64,000 nt of DNA from NCBI GenBank assembly GCA_017482355.1, contig JAFUNJ010000002.1, positions 11,092 to 75,091 on the forward strand, in the 5' to 3' direction. The notes below the pieces were generated by a model. The model was not told the DNA's origin and searched no databases. It saw nothing but the letters and a program-made list of their open reading frames with translations. The stretch comes from Clostridia bacterium. Its GTDB lineage: Bacteria > Bacillota > Clostridia > Oscillospirales > CAG-272. A program made the translations under genes and the position numbers. The stretch's first letter is position 1; the number at the start of each line of letters is the position of its first letter. Of this stretch, positions 27,666 through 37,423 are shown piece by piece.

Positions 27666-28649
27666 TTATTTTATATCGTCGAGCTTTAGATTTTTCCAGA
27701 AATCGGAAAACTCCATTTTCATGTCTTTCTGAATTTCGGCGACCATTTCATTGAATCTTCTCGCCACGTAGTAATCGGCGAATGTCGCAATATTTTTATT
27801 CGCGTATTCAAGGTCGATCGTTTCGCGCTTGACTATGAAGAAGCCCGTCTTTACGTCGATTATCGGGCTTATTTCACCGTATTCAAGCTCCTCGACCGCG
27901 TTTTCAACCTTTTCATCTATCATACCGATCGTATAATAGTAACCGATGTCTATATAATTTGCCATCGTTGTATCTTCACCGTGCTCCTTTATGAGCTGAG
28001 CGAAGTCTTCGCCTGCGTTTGCCTTTTCAAGCACCTCGTCGGCGAGCGCTTTTTTTGCCTCTTTGTTCGATTCGCTATATTTGATGTAAACGTATCTTAT
28101 GTTCCTGAAATTCTCGGGAATGTCCTCAAGGACGGTCACGTCGTCGCTCTTGATCACTCCGCTTTCGGGGGAGATCACATAGTCGTATGTCTTTCCCCAA
28201 AGCACCGAGAAGCGCTGAATATATGCAAACGAATAGTCGGTAAGATAGTTTTCCTTCTTTGCCTCTTCCCAGCCGCTTTTATCCGCTTTAAGCTCTTCAA
28301 GGGTATCGTTTACCGCCTGCTTTTCGCTTGCGGTCAGCTCTATCTTATAGCGCTTTCCGAGCAGCTCAATTGCGCGGTTACGTGCAATGGTATCGAGAGT
28401 TGACGCCTTCAGCTCTTCAAACGCTTCGGGGTTATTTTCCCAATAATTCTCGCCCTCTCCGTATTCCATATCCGCCTTGGTGTTGAGGTAGACGTATCTT
28501 ACGTAATCGTACTTTATCTCCTCGCCGCCGAGGGTGAAGACCGTCTTACCGTTTTCCGGCTCCGGCAGCTTTACCGCCGCATCTCCACAGGAGGCAAAAA
28601 GCGTCGACAGCGTTATAATTATCAAAAGCAAAGAGATCGTTTTTTTCAT
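27666..28649 (-). CDS. PrsA/SurA-like peptidyl-prolyl isomerase lipoprotein
   Basis: Lipobox LFASC and a C-terminal parvulin-like segment ...DFAQLIKEHGED...GEISPIIDVKTGFFIVKR. Confidence 0.65.
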   Translation of the reverse strand: MKKTISLLLIIITLSTLFASCGDAAVKLPEPENGKTVFTLGGEEIKYDYVRYVYLNTKADMEYGEGENYWENNPEAFEELKASTLDTIARNRAIELLGKRYKIELTASEKQAVNDTLEELKADKSGWEEAKKENYLTDYSFAYIQRFSVLWGKTYDYVISPESGVIKSDDVTVLEDIPENFRNIRYVYIKYSESNKEAKKALADEVLEKANAGEDFAQLIKEHGEDTTMANYIDIGYYYTIGMIDEKVENAVEELEYGEISPIIDVKTGFFIVKRETIDLEYANKNIATFADYYVARRFNEMVAEIQKDMKMEFSDFWKNLKLDDIK

Positions 28650-28707
28650 TTTCTTGCCTTTCTTTTTAAGGGCTATCGCCGAAGCGGTAGCCCTTATTTT
28701 AATAGAA

Positions 28708-30288
28708 TCAGATATTCGGGTCGATCGTAAGTCCTCTATTGAAGTAATCGGTATCGCGCAGTACCTTTTCTACGGTGTCTCTGCTTACGTAGAAGGAATA
28801 GTGCTCGCTAAGCTCGCCGTTAAGCGTATAATAGCAACGTGTACTTGTATACGCGTAGAAATCGAACTTCTTGACCGTTCCGTCCGTCAAGGTTATGGTT
28901 ATCGTAGCGATATGCTTGGGATCCGTAACGTTTTCACGGTCATACTCGCCGATAACGTGGATATTGACGATATCTCCGTATATCTGTCTGAAGTTTTTGA
29001 CCTCGTCTGCCGTATACGTTTCATTCGTCTTTATATTCCAAACCGACTGCTCGGTCTTGCCCGTTTCGGAATCAACGACCGTCGACTTGATACCGTACGC
29101 CGAATCTACGTCGATTCCCTCGTCGGGAAGCTTACCGCTTATTTCTATCTTACTTACGGTACTTATGGAATCAAGCGTGATATTCGGCATAATGAAATCG
29201 CTTACGTTATAATTGTAAAACGAAACCGAAGTGAGCGGTATCTCGACTACGATATTATAAACGGATGAATAGGCGTAGCAGATACCGTTCTTATCGGGCT
29301 CCGAAATGTATATATACGCCTTTTCCACATTCTTTGATTCCGGTGCCTGATAATGATAGTAAACACAGAAATGAGTATTCTTCGGGTCAATATCTATTTT
29401 GAATTCTGTCTTGAGCCGTTCTGTTGTTATCTCTGCGCCCTGGGCAACTGCTTTTGAGCCCGCAAGTCCCGAAAGAGAACCGATATAGATGCTTCTCTGC
29501 GCATCGTTTACCTGGAAATTACTAAGCTCCTTTGACGTAAATTCAAAGCTATAGATCGGAGAGTCTGTTTTATTGGTTCCGTTTTCCTCCGGCGTAAGAG
29601 TCTTTGTCTCGAAAAGCGTAGCGCCGTTCTTGACTGCGCCTATAAGGGTAACGTAATTATAATCCGTCTGGGCAACGGTAAGCCCGAGGTTAGGCGTCAT
29701 AAGTCCGTAAACGTCGGTATAAAGCACGCCGTAGCCCGTCGTTTTCATAAGATACACCGCGGGTCTTCCGTCATAACGACAATAGAAGCCGTCGCCCGAC
29801 GGAGCTTCCTTTCCTACCCAGACCTTGTGAGTGTTCTTTCTGTCGTCGGTGAGAATATAACAGCCGCGGTCTTCATCGGTATCGGCAAGTCCGTATACCG
29901 AAAGATCGGTGTTTTCGTCAATAAGATATCTCGTCGTAGCGATTCCCGAGCCGGTAGTTGTGACAAGCGCCGCCAAAGCGTAAAGATCGTATGGCGCGCT
30001 CTCCATTCCTTCGATATAGAAGTCGCCGTCCTTCTCTTTATAGAAGGTATAGCCGCCTTCCTTATTTTGGACCTCTATTCTTGTTATTCTCGCTCTTTCA
30101 AGGGGTGGGAACATATATACCCTCGTCTGATCGGAGGTGCGAACTTCAAGAGGGTCGATAAGCTCTATAGGAGTTACCTTTTCCTCTTTCGGAGCAAGCG
30201 CCGGTACCACCGTCAGAAAATATACCACGGCAAGAATGATCGCAAGAACGCCGCAGACGATAGCTGTGATAGTTTGCTTCTTTATCAT
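28708..30288 (-). CDS. DUF4340-like membrane-anchored protein (fourth gene of the Gld-like ABC operon)
   Basis: Start reassigned to MIKKQTITAIVCGVLAIILAVVYF (ATG 30286-30288), which forms an ATGA overlap with the upstream gene stop. Single N-terminal TM and a large extracytoplasmic domain. Confidence 0.6.
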   Translation of the reverse strand: MIKKQTITAIVCGVLAIILAVVYFLTVVPALAPKEEKVTPIELIDPLEVRTSDQTRVYMFPPLERARITRIEVQNKEGGYTFYKEKDGDFYIEGMESAPYDLYALAALVTTTGSGIATTRYLIDENTDLSVYGLADTDEDRGCYILTDDRKNTHKVWVGKEAPSGDGFYCRYDGRPAVYLMKTTGYGVLYTDVYGLMTPNLGLTVAQTDYNYVTLIGAVKNGATLFETKTLTPEENGTNKTDSPIYSFEFTSKELSNFQVNDAQRSIYIGSLSGLAGSKAVAQGAEITTERLKTEFKIDIDPKNTHFCVYYHYQAPESKNVEKAYIYISEPDKNGICYAYSSVYNIVVEIPLTSVSFYNYNVSDFIMPNITLDSISTVSKIEISGKLPDEGIDVDSAYGIKSTVVDSETGKTEQSVWNIKTNETYTADEVKNFRQIYGDIVNIHVIGEYDRENVTDPKHIATITITLTDGTVKKFDFYAYTSTRCYYTLNGELSEHYSFYVSRDTVEKVLRDTDYFNRGLTIDPNI

Positions 30289-31799
30289 AGGTAGCGTCTC
30301 CTTGCATATACGACTATACCGACAAGCGCGATTGCTGAGGGGAAAAGAAGCGTACAGATCGCCGTCCAAGTATTTGCCTCTTTAGCCGTCAAGGTAAGCG
30401 AATCGTTGCTGAACACCTTTACTCTTACGTTGGAAGGTACGTTCTTCTTCGCCATAGTCTTCAGGGCGTTATAAAGAATATCCTTATTTGCATAGGAGCT
30501 TCCGTTTATATACTCATTGTCGGAAAACGCGTTTGTACCGCCTGCGATGAGGAAGGACTGCTGATCGACGCCGTCCTTCTTTCTCTGCTGAACGGTGAGG
30601 GTAAGAACGTTTACTGCGCCCTCGGTGGATTTGCCTTCCCCGTCCAGAGGATAAGACACTGCATCTGTAGAGGTCATAAGAATGCTTGACGCATATCGGG
30701 TTCCGCTGTTATTGCTGAAATACTTACCCGTAGTATCGTCGTAAAGAAGAGTTATCGGGCGGCAGTTCGTGACAACCGGCTTCTGCGGGCTCGAGCTTTC
30801 GCGAAGCGACTTGGTTATCGTCGCGCCGTTACCCGTCGTCGCATACTGTGCATATATTACCTTACCGTCGGTTCCGGGAGCGCTGCTGCTGTAGTCGCGA
30901 ACGCTCTGACGCTCGAACCTTACGCCCCAATGGGCAAGGAAGTCCTCAAGAACCGGAAGCTCATTCGCTGTCTCATCGAGGAAGACCATAAGTCCTGCCG
31001 AGCCGTCGAGAAGGGTATCAAGCTTCTTTATTTCGTTTACTACCTGATCTGCGCCCCAGAAATCGGTCTTGGGGTTGTTTATTACGACCATCTTAGCCGA
31101 AGGATCAAGCTCCTCGGTCGTAAGGTCTATATCTATTACTTCATATCCCGCGTCGACGAAAAGCTCGCGGAGCACGGTGTTTTCTACCGCTTCGCCGTGG
31201 TTAGTGACGAAATGCGCGATCGGCTTATCGCCCGAAAGACGCAATATTGCAGATACGATCTTCTGATCTGCATTGACCGCGTAATAGCTGGTTGAGCTCT
31301 CGTCGCTTCTTACGAAGAAGCTGTCGATAGAGTATACTATCGAGTTTGTACCGTTAGTAACGATAACGCTCGTCGTCTTCGGAGACGCGGCGGTATTGTT
31401 CAGATATTTGTCTAGCAGCTGAGGATTTTGATTGATATCAATATATTTTACGCTGATAAAATCATACTCCTCATCGTACTGCTTCAGGATACTGTTTACC
31501 ATATTGCAAAGGTCGTTCTTTATGAGCTTATCCTCAGGCATACAGAAGATGAACTCAACGTTGAATTCCTCGCTTCCTCTGTACTCCTCAAGAAGATTCA
31601 TTGCGTTCGGGTCAGGAGTATAAAGATCGCGCTCGGTCATATCAATGAACCAGCCGTTCTTGAGACATAGGGAGCCGAAGATCGCGTTTATCAGTATAAC
31701 AAGCGCGATAACGGTCACCGTGAGAATAAGAGCGAAAGTGCCGTACTTGAAGCGGCGCTTTCTCTGAATATCGTTAATGGGGTTATAATTCTTATTCAT
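30285..31799 (-). CDS. GldG-like ABC-transporter auxiliary protein
   Basis: 504 aa. N- and C-terminal TM anchors flank a large external domain. Position after the ABC-2 permease matches GldA/F/G-type operons. Confidence 0.6.
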   Translation of the reverse strand: MNKNYNPINDIQRKRRFKYGTFALILTVTVIALVILINAIFGSLCLKNGWFIDMTERDLYTPDPNAMNLLEEYRGSEEFNVEFIFCMPEDKLIKNDLCNMVNSILKQYDEEYDFISVKYIDINQNPQLLDKYLNNTAASPKTTSVIVTNGTNSIVYSIDSFFVRSDESSTSYYAVNADQKIVSAILRLSGDKPIAHFVTNHGEAVENTVLRELFVDAGYEVIDIDLTTEELDPSAKMVVINNPKTDFWGADQVVNEIKKLDTLLDGSAGLMVFLDETANELPVLEDFLAHWGVRFERQSVRDYSSSAPGTDGKVIYAQYATTGNGATITKSLRESSSPQKPVVTNCRPITLLYDDTTGKYFSNNSGTRYASSILMTSTDAVSYPLDGEGKSTEGAVNVLTLTVQQRKKDGVDQQSFLIAGGTNAFSDNEYINGSSYANKDILYNALKTMAKKNVPSNVRVKVFSNDSLTLTAKEANTWTAICTLLFPSAIALVGIVVYARRRYL

Positions 31800-31817
31800 T
31801 TCCTTTATCCTCCCCTC

Positions 31818-32597
31818 TTATGCCCAACGGCGCTTCTCGTATACGCGCACGGTAAGGAAAAGGAATACGAAGCATATCGAGATATAATATACTATTGCTG
31901 CCGGATCAAATACTCCATATAAGAAGTTTCCGTATCTGCTGTATACTGAGAGCCATTCAAGAACCTGACGCACGGGAGCGAAGGGAATAAGATTATTGAA
32001 TGACGCGATGAACATGAAGCAGATAAGGATCGCTATCGAGCCGACAAGAGATATGAGCTGGTTTTCGGTAAGCGAGGAAATGAACATTCCTATTGCCACG
32101 AAAGCTGCACCGATAAGGAGGACTGCAACAGTCGGTCCGATTATCGAAAGAGCATAGGAAGAAAATACGTCCCACTTTGTTATCGCGCCCTCTCTTTTTG
32201 CGTCCTCAACGACCCAGAGGTAAAGCGAATCTGCAAATTTGTGGTATACGGTAAAGTTGAACAGCGTTCCGAATATGAAGGTGCCCGAGAAGATCGTATA
32301 GACCGAAAGGAATTTTCCCATAACGATCTTACCGATGCTGACGGGAGAGGTAAGAAGAAGCTGCTCTGTCTTTTGCTTCTTTTCCTCCGAAAAGCTCTTC
32401 ATGGTGAGCACGGGGATAACGATGGCGATAATTATCGTGACCATCGAGAAATATCCCGTTATGCTGCTCTGGCTTCCTGCCTGAAGAGTCATAAGAGAGA
32501 AGAGTCCGCCGTTTATTGCGAGAAATATCGCCATAAAGACGTAACCTATCGGCGTTGTAAAGTAGGAGACCAAGTCTCTTTTGAATATTGCAACCAT
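31818..32597 (-). CDS. ABC-2 type permease (GldF-like)
   Basis: 259 aa with six hydrophobic helices, adjacent to the ATPase. Confidence 0.7.
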   Translation of the reverse strand: MVAIFKRDLVSYFTTPIGYVFMAIFLAINGGLFSLMTLQAGSQSSITGYFSMVTIIIAIVIPVLTMKSFSEEKKQKTEQLLLTSPVSIGKIVMGKFLSVYTIFSGTFIFGTLFNFTVYHKFADSLYLWVVEDAKREGAITKWDVFSSYALSIIGPTVAVLLIGAAFVAIGMFISSLTENQLISLVGSIAILICFMFIASFNNLIPFAPVRQVLEWLSVYSRYGNFLYGVFDPAAIVYYISICFVFLFLTVRVYEKRRWA

Positions 32598-32614
32598 AAT
32601 TTGTGCCTTACCTT

Positions 32615-33598
32615 TCAGTTAGCGTTACGCTTTTTACTTCCGCGCTTTTTCTTCGTATTCGAGCCCGCGGTATTATTGATGAGCGAAAGGAATACGTCCT
32701 CGAGATTGACGTTTGAAGCTTCTGCTCCGATAAGCGGCCAGCCGTTACGGGAGAGCATCGAGAACATCGGCTTTCTTATATCTATTGCGGAATCGCTTTC
32801 GATAACGAAGGAGTAGCTGTCGGCATCGAGATTACCGAGACACTCTGCCGAGTATACACCGGGAAGCGAACGGAGCGCCTGAGTTACCTCCTTTTCGGGG
32901 CCGCATATCTTGACAGCAAGACGGCGGTTGCCTTCTACTGCCGACGCCAGATCCTCGGTGCGCTTATCCGCAACTATCTTACCGCGGTTTATTACGATAA
33001 CTCGGTCACAGACCGCCTGCACCTCCTGAAGAACGTGCGTCGAGAGGATAACGGTATGAGTAAGTCCGAGAGTTCTTATCAGGTTTCTTATTTCAACGAC
33101 CTGACGCGGGTCAAGACCAACTGTCGGCTCGTCGAGGATTATTACCTTAGGGTTGCCGACAAGTGCCTGTCCGATTCCGATACGCTGACGGTATCCCTTT
33201 GAAAGATGTCCGATCACGCGATTCTTTACGTCGGTAAGCTTTACGACCTCGAGTATTTCCTCGATGTGCTTTTTCTTATCGAGCTTACAGCCCTTGAGCT
33301 TATATACGAAATTCAGATATTCGATTACCGTCATCTCAGGATAGAGAGGCGGAACCTCAGGAAGATAACCGATGCTCTTTTTTGCCTCGTTCGGGAATTC
33401 GAACATATCGAGCCCGTCTATCTCTATCTTTCCTTCGGTGAAGGAAAGGAATCCGGTAAGGATATTCATAGTCGTACTTTTTCCTGCGCCGTTAGGTCCC
33501 AGGAAGCCGACAATTTCGCCCTTTCCTATTTCAAAGCTAACGTTATTCAGCACTACGTTGCGTCCGAAGCTTTTTGTCAGATTTTGTATCTTTATCAT
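32615..33598 (-). CDS. ABC transporter ATP-binding protein (GldA-like)
   Basis: GPNGAGKSTT, LSKGYRQRIGIGQAL and IILDEPTVGLD. Start reassigned to MIKIQNLTKSFG (ATG 33596-33598, RBS GGGGGA). Confidence 0.9.
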   Translation of the reverse strand: MIKIQNLTKSFGRNVVLNNVSFEIGKGEIVGFLGPNGAGKSTTMNILTGFLSFTEGKIEIDGLDMFEFPNEAKKSIGYLPEVPPLYPEMTVIEYLNFVYKLKGCKLDKKKHIEEILEVVKLTDVKNRVIGHLSKGYRQRIGIGQALVGNPKVIILDEPTVGLDPRQVVEIRNLIRTLGLTHTVILSTHVLQEVQAVCDRVIVINRGKIVADKRTEDLASAVEGNRRLAVKICGPEKEVTQALRSLPGVYSAECLGNLDADSYSFVIESDSAIDIRKPMFSMLSRNGWPLIGAEASNVNLEDVFLSLINNTAGSNTKKKRGSKKRNAN

Positions 33599-33759
33599 TA
33601 ATACATCCCCCATTATCGGTTGACAAATTTTCACTTATACAGTATAACACGGAATTATAAACAAATCTTGAACATACGGTATCATATAACTCTTTACGGC
33701 ACTTTTTTTGCAAAAAAAGCGTCATATTTTGCCCATTAAAAGAAAATGGCGCTACGTTA

Positions 33760-33788
33760 TTGTAATTTCGGAGCTTTTAAGATATAAT
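33760..33788 (+). promoter_or_regulatory. Sigma-A type promoter of the rnfC-like operon
   Basis: TTGTAA, 17-nt spacer, TATAAT. Confidence 0.5.
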
Positions 33789-33821
33789 AGAAGTATAAAT
33801 TTTCTTTAATCCGGAGAAATT

Positions 33822-35102
33822 ATGTCAAAAAGCTATCGCGGAGGTATTCCGTTCTCAAGAAAATACGCTCCGCCCGAAAAGGCGGTAGTTCATATTCCCG
33901 AGCGCATTCTTCTCTCGCTCAAAAACGGCGCGGACTGCGCTTTAGAAGAGGGGGATACTGTCAAAAGGTTTGGAATGATCCTCAAGGAAACCGATTCTTC
34001 ACCTGCGGTATTTGCCGGTGTCGGCGGAACGATCGAGCACATTTACCGTATCGGAAGCAGAGTCGATATAACGATTCTTGCCGATCCCGATGCTGAGATC
34101 GAGATCCCCTTTGACGCGCCCGAAAAAAGCATTTCGGATATGACCGAAGGCGAGCTTTCTTCCCTCCTTCTCAGCCGAGGTATTACCCCTCTCAAAAGGG
34201 GCAAGCGCGATCCCCGTGCTCTTACCGTCGACTGTACATCTTCTCCCTATAACGACAGCCGTCTTTACATTTGCCGTGCATTTCCCGAGGAGGTCGTTCT
34301 CGGCGCGAAGATAATTATGAAGCTTATCGGTGCCCGAAGCTGCAATTTTGCCATTCCGCGCTCCGATCTTGATGCGGCGCAGAGCATTTACGATCACATT
34401 CCGAAAAAGAGCGACATGCTTAAGATCGTTCTTACGAAGGACAAGCTTCCTGCTACTGTACCGAATCTTACCGTTTCGGCGCTATATAACATCGAGATCA
34501 GTGCTGTTAAGGACATTTCCGACGTGGGTTATCCCGTCGTTTCGCCTCTATACTGCCTTGCCTGCTACCGCGCACTCGTCGACGGAATACCCTTTTGCGA
34601 GGGCTATCTGACGGTTGCCGAGCTTGGCTCGGAGCTTGACGTTTTCAGTGTTCCGTTCGGCGCGTCTCTCAAGCCGATAGCAGATCCGAGCGAAAGCGAG
34701 CGCGTTATCCGCGCAGAAAATCTCTACGGTGCGGAGATCACGGGCGAGGTCATGACCGAGAGGACTGAGGCGATCGCCGTTATTTCGAATGAAGAACCAA
34801 GGTCAAAGAGAACAGAAGAATGTATCGGCTGCGGCAGGTGCATTGACGTTTGTCCCTCCCGTATTTCGCCGATCGAGATCTTCTCCTCCGTCAAGGGCGG
34901 AAAGGGTACTCCTTCGCTCGTCTCTTACGCCGCGAGCTGCTTTGAATGCCGCGCCTGCTCCTACGTTTGTCCCTCTGCGCTTCCCCTTTCCGAGACTATA
35001 ATAAAATGCCGTCACGATAACGGTCTCATTTCGGTCGATATTGAGGACAAGGATCCCGATTTCTATGACGATATTCCCGAAAAGGAGGCAGGACATGAAT
35101 AA
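33822..35102 (+). CDS. RnfC/NqrA-like protein with two 4Fe-4S ferredoxin motifs
   Basis: N-terminus SYRGGIPF...IPERILLSL...GDTVKRFGMIL resembles the RnfC N-domain. CIGCGRCIDVCP and CFECRACSYVCP are present. No GGAGFP-type NADH/FMN motif was seen. Confidence 0.6.
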   Translation: MSKSYRGGIPFSRKYAPPEKAVVHIPERILLSLKNGADCALEEGDTVKRFGMILKETDSSPAVFAGVGGTIEHIYRIGSRVDITILADPDAEIEIPFDAPEKSISDMTEGELSSLLLSRGITPLKRGKRDPRALTVDCTSSPYNDSRLYICRAFPEEVVLGAKIIMKLIGARSCNFAIPRSDLDAAQSIYDHIPKKSDMLKIVLTKDKLPATVPNLTVSALYNIEISAVKDISDVGYPVVSPLYCLACYRALVDGIPFCEGYLTVAELGSELDVFSVPFGASLKPIADPSESERVIRAENLYGAEITGEVMTERTEAIAVISNEEPRSKRTEECIGCGRCIDVCPSRISPIEIFSSVKGGKGTPSLVSYAASCFECRACSYVCPSALPLSETIIKCRHDNGLISVDIEDKDPDFYDDIPEKEAGHE

Positions 35103-36135
35103 AAATCCAAAGCACCGCCTCCGTTTAACGCGCCGTCCGAAGGGCTTTAAGGAGGTTCCTCTATACCCTATCCTTCCCTCCTCCGAGCGCGCGCAGTCCC
35201 TACGTTACGATCTTCTTATAGCGATGGTACCGCTTCTTCTTTTGAGCGTTTACCACTACGGCTTCCGCCCGATCACCCTTACGCTTGTTTCTGTGATGGC
35301 TATGACGGGGCTTGATTTTGCCGTTAATAAGCTTTTTAAAAAGGAATACCGTTTTGACATTTCGCCGATCGTAAGCGGCGTTTTGATCGCGCTCTTTTTA
35401 CCCGCCTCAGCTCCGCTGTGGCTTCCGCTGATCACTGCCATTTTCGCTACCGCTATCAAGACCGGATGCGACAAGCTGAGATTTTCACTCTCCTCCGTTG
35501 CTCTATCGCTTCTTCTTTCCTTCCTTCTTTTTCCCGGAATAATGAACGCGATCCCCGAGGCGGGACGCACGCTTCATCCCTTTGCAATTTCGCTTAAATC
35601 GTTCAGGGCGATCCCTGCGTCTCCGCTTGAAAAGGTACTTACGGGATTCCTTCCCGACACGACGACCTTCGAGACCTTTTTCGGTCTCAATTCGGCGCGC
35701 ATAGGCGAGATATCGGGATTTCTTATCGCTGTCGGATTTATTTATCTTCTTATACGAAAGACCGTCAAGCCCGTACTGCCTCTGACGTTTATTATCACCG
35801 TCGGTGTTTTTGCATATCTTAATCCGTCGCTCGAGGCGGCGTCCGACGTTGTTGCTCTTGACGGAGCGCTTTACAATGTTTTCGGCTCGAACACGTTTCT
35901 TAGCGCCGTATTTCTGATGTCAGAGCCCAAAAGAGCTCCGAAAACGTTTATCAGCGCCGTATTTTGCGGTGCCTTCGGCGGTATCGTCACGATGCTTTTG
36001 CGCGGACGTATCCCTCTCTTCCTGACTGCGCTTATTGCAGTTATTCTGATCGACGTTCTCTCCCCGATAGTAAACAGATTTATTAAGCCCTCCCCCTTCG
36101 GCGGAAATATTGCTCCTCAAAAGGAGGAAAAATAA
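35095..36135 (+). CDS. RnfD/NqrB-family membrane protein (divergent)
   Basis: Start at ATG 35095 (RBS AAGGAGG, ATGAATAA overlap with the upstream stop). Polytopic. ...IGEISGFLIAVGFIYLLIRKTVKPVLPLTF... matches RnfD. The canonical D-x-x-S/T-G-A-T flavinylation motif is replaced by RAIPASPL. Confidence 0.7.
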   Translation: MNKNPKHRLRLTRRPKGFKEVPLYPILPSSERAQSLRYDLLIAMVPLLLLSVYHYGFRPITLTLVSVMAMTGLDFAVNKLFKKEYRFDISPIVSGVLIALFLPASAPLWLPLITAIFATAIKTGCDKLRFSLSSVALSLLLSFLLFPGIMNAIPEAGRTLHPFAISLKSFRAIPASPLEKVLTGFLPDTTTFETFFGLNSARIGEISGFLIAVGFIYLLIRKTVKPVLPLTFIITVGVFAYLNPSLEAASDVVALDGALYNVFGSNTFLSAVFLMSEPKRAPKTFISAVFCGAFGGIVTMLLRGRIPLFLTALIAVILIDVLSPIVNRFIKPSPFGGNIAPQKEEK

Positions 36136-36136
36136 T

Positions 36137-37423
36137 TTGAAAAGTAAAAAGAGATTCTGGCTGACCCTTACCGTCTTTTCCCTTATAGGGCAGATCGCGT
36201 GGGTCATCGAGAACATGTATCTGAACGTCTTTATCTACAATCAATTTAAGGCGACTCCGTCTGACATTTCGCTTATGGTTGCCGCGTCTGCCGTTACTGC
36301 GACGCTGACCACCGTAATTATCGGCGCGTATTCCGACAAGGTCGGTAAGCGCAAGATATTTATGGCAGGCGGTTACATCGCCTGGGGACTTTCCATCATG
36401 TCCTTCGCGCTCATAAATAACGGCGTTCTTAATTCGTTCTTCCCGACTTTATCGGCGGCGTCACTCGGCGTGTCGCTCACCATAATCGTCGACTGCGTTA
36501 TGACCTTTTTCGGCTCGAGCGCGAACGATGCGGCATTCAACGCCTGGCTTACCGACGAAACGTCGGATGGAAACCGCGGAGCGGCTGAGGGTGTAAACGC
36601 CATTATGCCGCTTATCGCGATGCTTGCCGTTTTCGGCGGATTTATGGCTTTCGATCTTGAGAAGAGCTCAAGCTGGACTACGATATTCCTTATCATCGGC
36701 ATCGCGGTATTTATCATCGGCATTCTCGGGCTTTTCCTTATCAAGGAAAGTGCCGCTCGTCGCGAAGAAAATTCGAAATATTTTGCAAATATTATATACG
36801 GCTTCCGCCCGTCCGTTATCAGGAAAAACGGCAGTCTTTATATCACTCTCATCGGCTTTGCGCTTTTTGGGATATCAATTCAGGTATTTATGCCATATCT
36901 GATAATCTACTACACCGAAACGCTCAAGATGGATAACTACGTTCTCATAATGGCGCCTGCCATTATTGTCGCGGCTGTCGCCTCCGTTCTCTACGGACGC
37001 CTTTACGACCGCTTCGGGTACAGAAAGGTCATCTTCCCTGCCGTTATCACGCTCGCTATCGGATATATTATAATGTGCTTTGCTACGGCGACCGCTCCCG
37101 TATTTATCGGCTCGCTTCTCGTTATGGTCGGTTACCTTTGCGGCAACGCCGTTTTCGGTGCCATGCTCCGCGATAAGACCCCCGAGGGCAAGGCGGGAAT
37201 GTTTCAGGGACTTCGTATCGTTTGCCAGGTGCTTATACCCGGCGTTATCGGTCCCGCGATCGGCGCAAAGGTGCTTGAAAATGCGACTGAGATCGTCAAT
37301 AGTGACGGTACGAAGTCGTTTTTGCCCGACGAGCGCATCTTCATCTGGGCGCTTATCGTATCGGCAGTTCTTGCTCTCTATCTCATTCTGACTAATCTAA
37401 AAAAGGACAAAAAGAATGTCTGA
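36137..37423 (+). CDS. MFS transporter (glycoside/cation symporter-like)
   Basis: About 12 TM helices. TTG at 36137 lies 9 nt after AAGGAGG. The alternative ORF-track start 36110 overlaps the upstream gene. Confidence 0.75.
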   Translation: MKSKKRFWLTLTVFSLIGQIAWVIENMYLNVFIYNQFKATPSDISLMVAASAVTATLTTVIIGAYSDKVGKRKIFMAGGYIAWGLSIMSFALINNGVLNSFFPTLSAASLGVSLTIIVDCVMTFFGSSANDAAFNAWLTDETSDGNRGAAEGVNAIMPLIAMLAVFGGFMAFDLEKSSSWTTIFLIIGIAVFIIGILGLFLIKESAARREENSKYFANIIYGFRPSVIRKNGSLYITLIGFALFGISIQVFMPYLIIYYTETLKMDNYVLIMAPAIIVAAVASVLYGRLYDRFGYRKVIFPAVITLAIGYIIMCFATATAPVFIGSLLVMVGYLCGNAVFGAMLRDKTPEGKAGMFQGLRIVCQVLIPGVIGPAIGAKVLENATEIVNSDGTKSFLPDERIFIWALIVSAVLALYLILTNLKKDKKNV

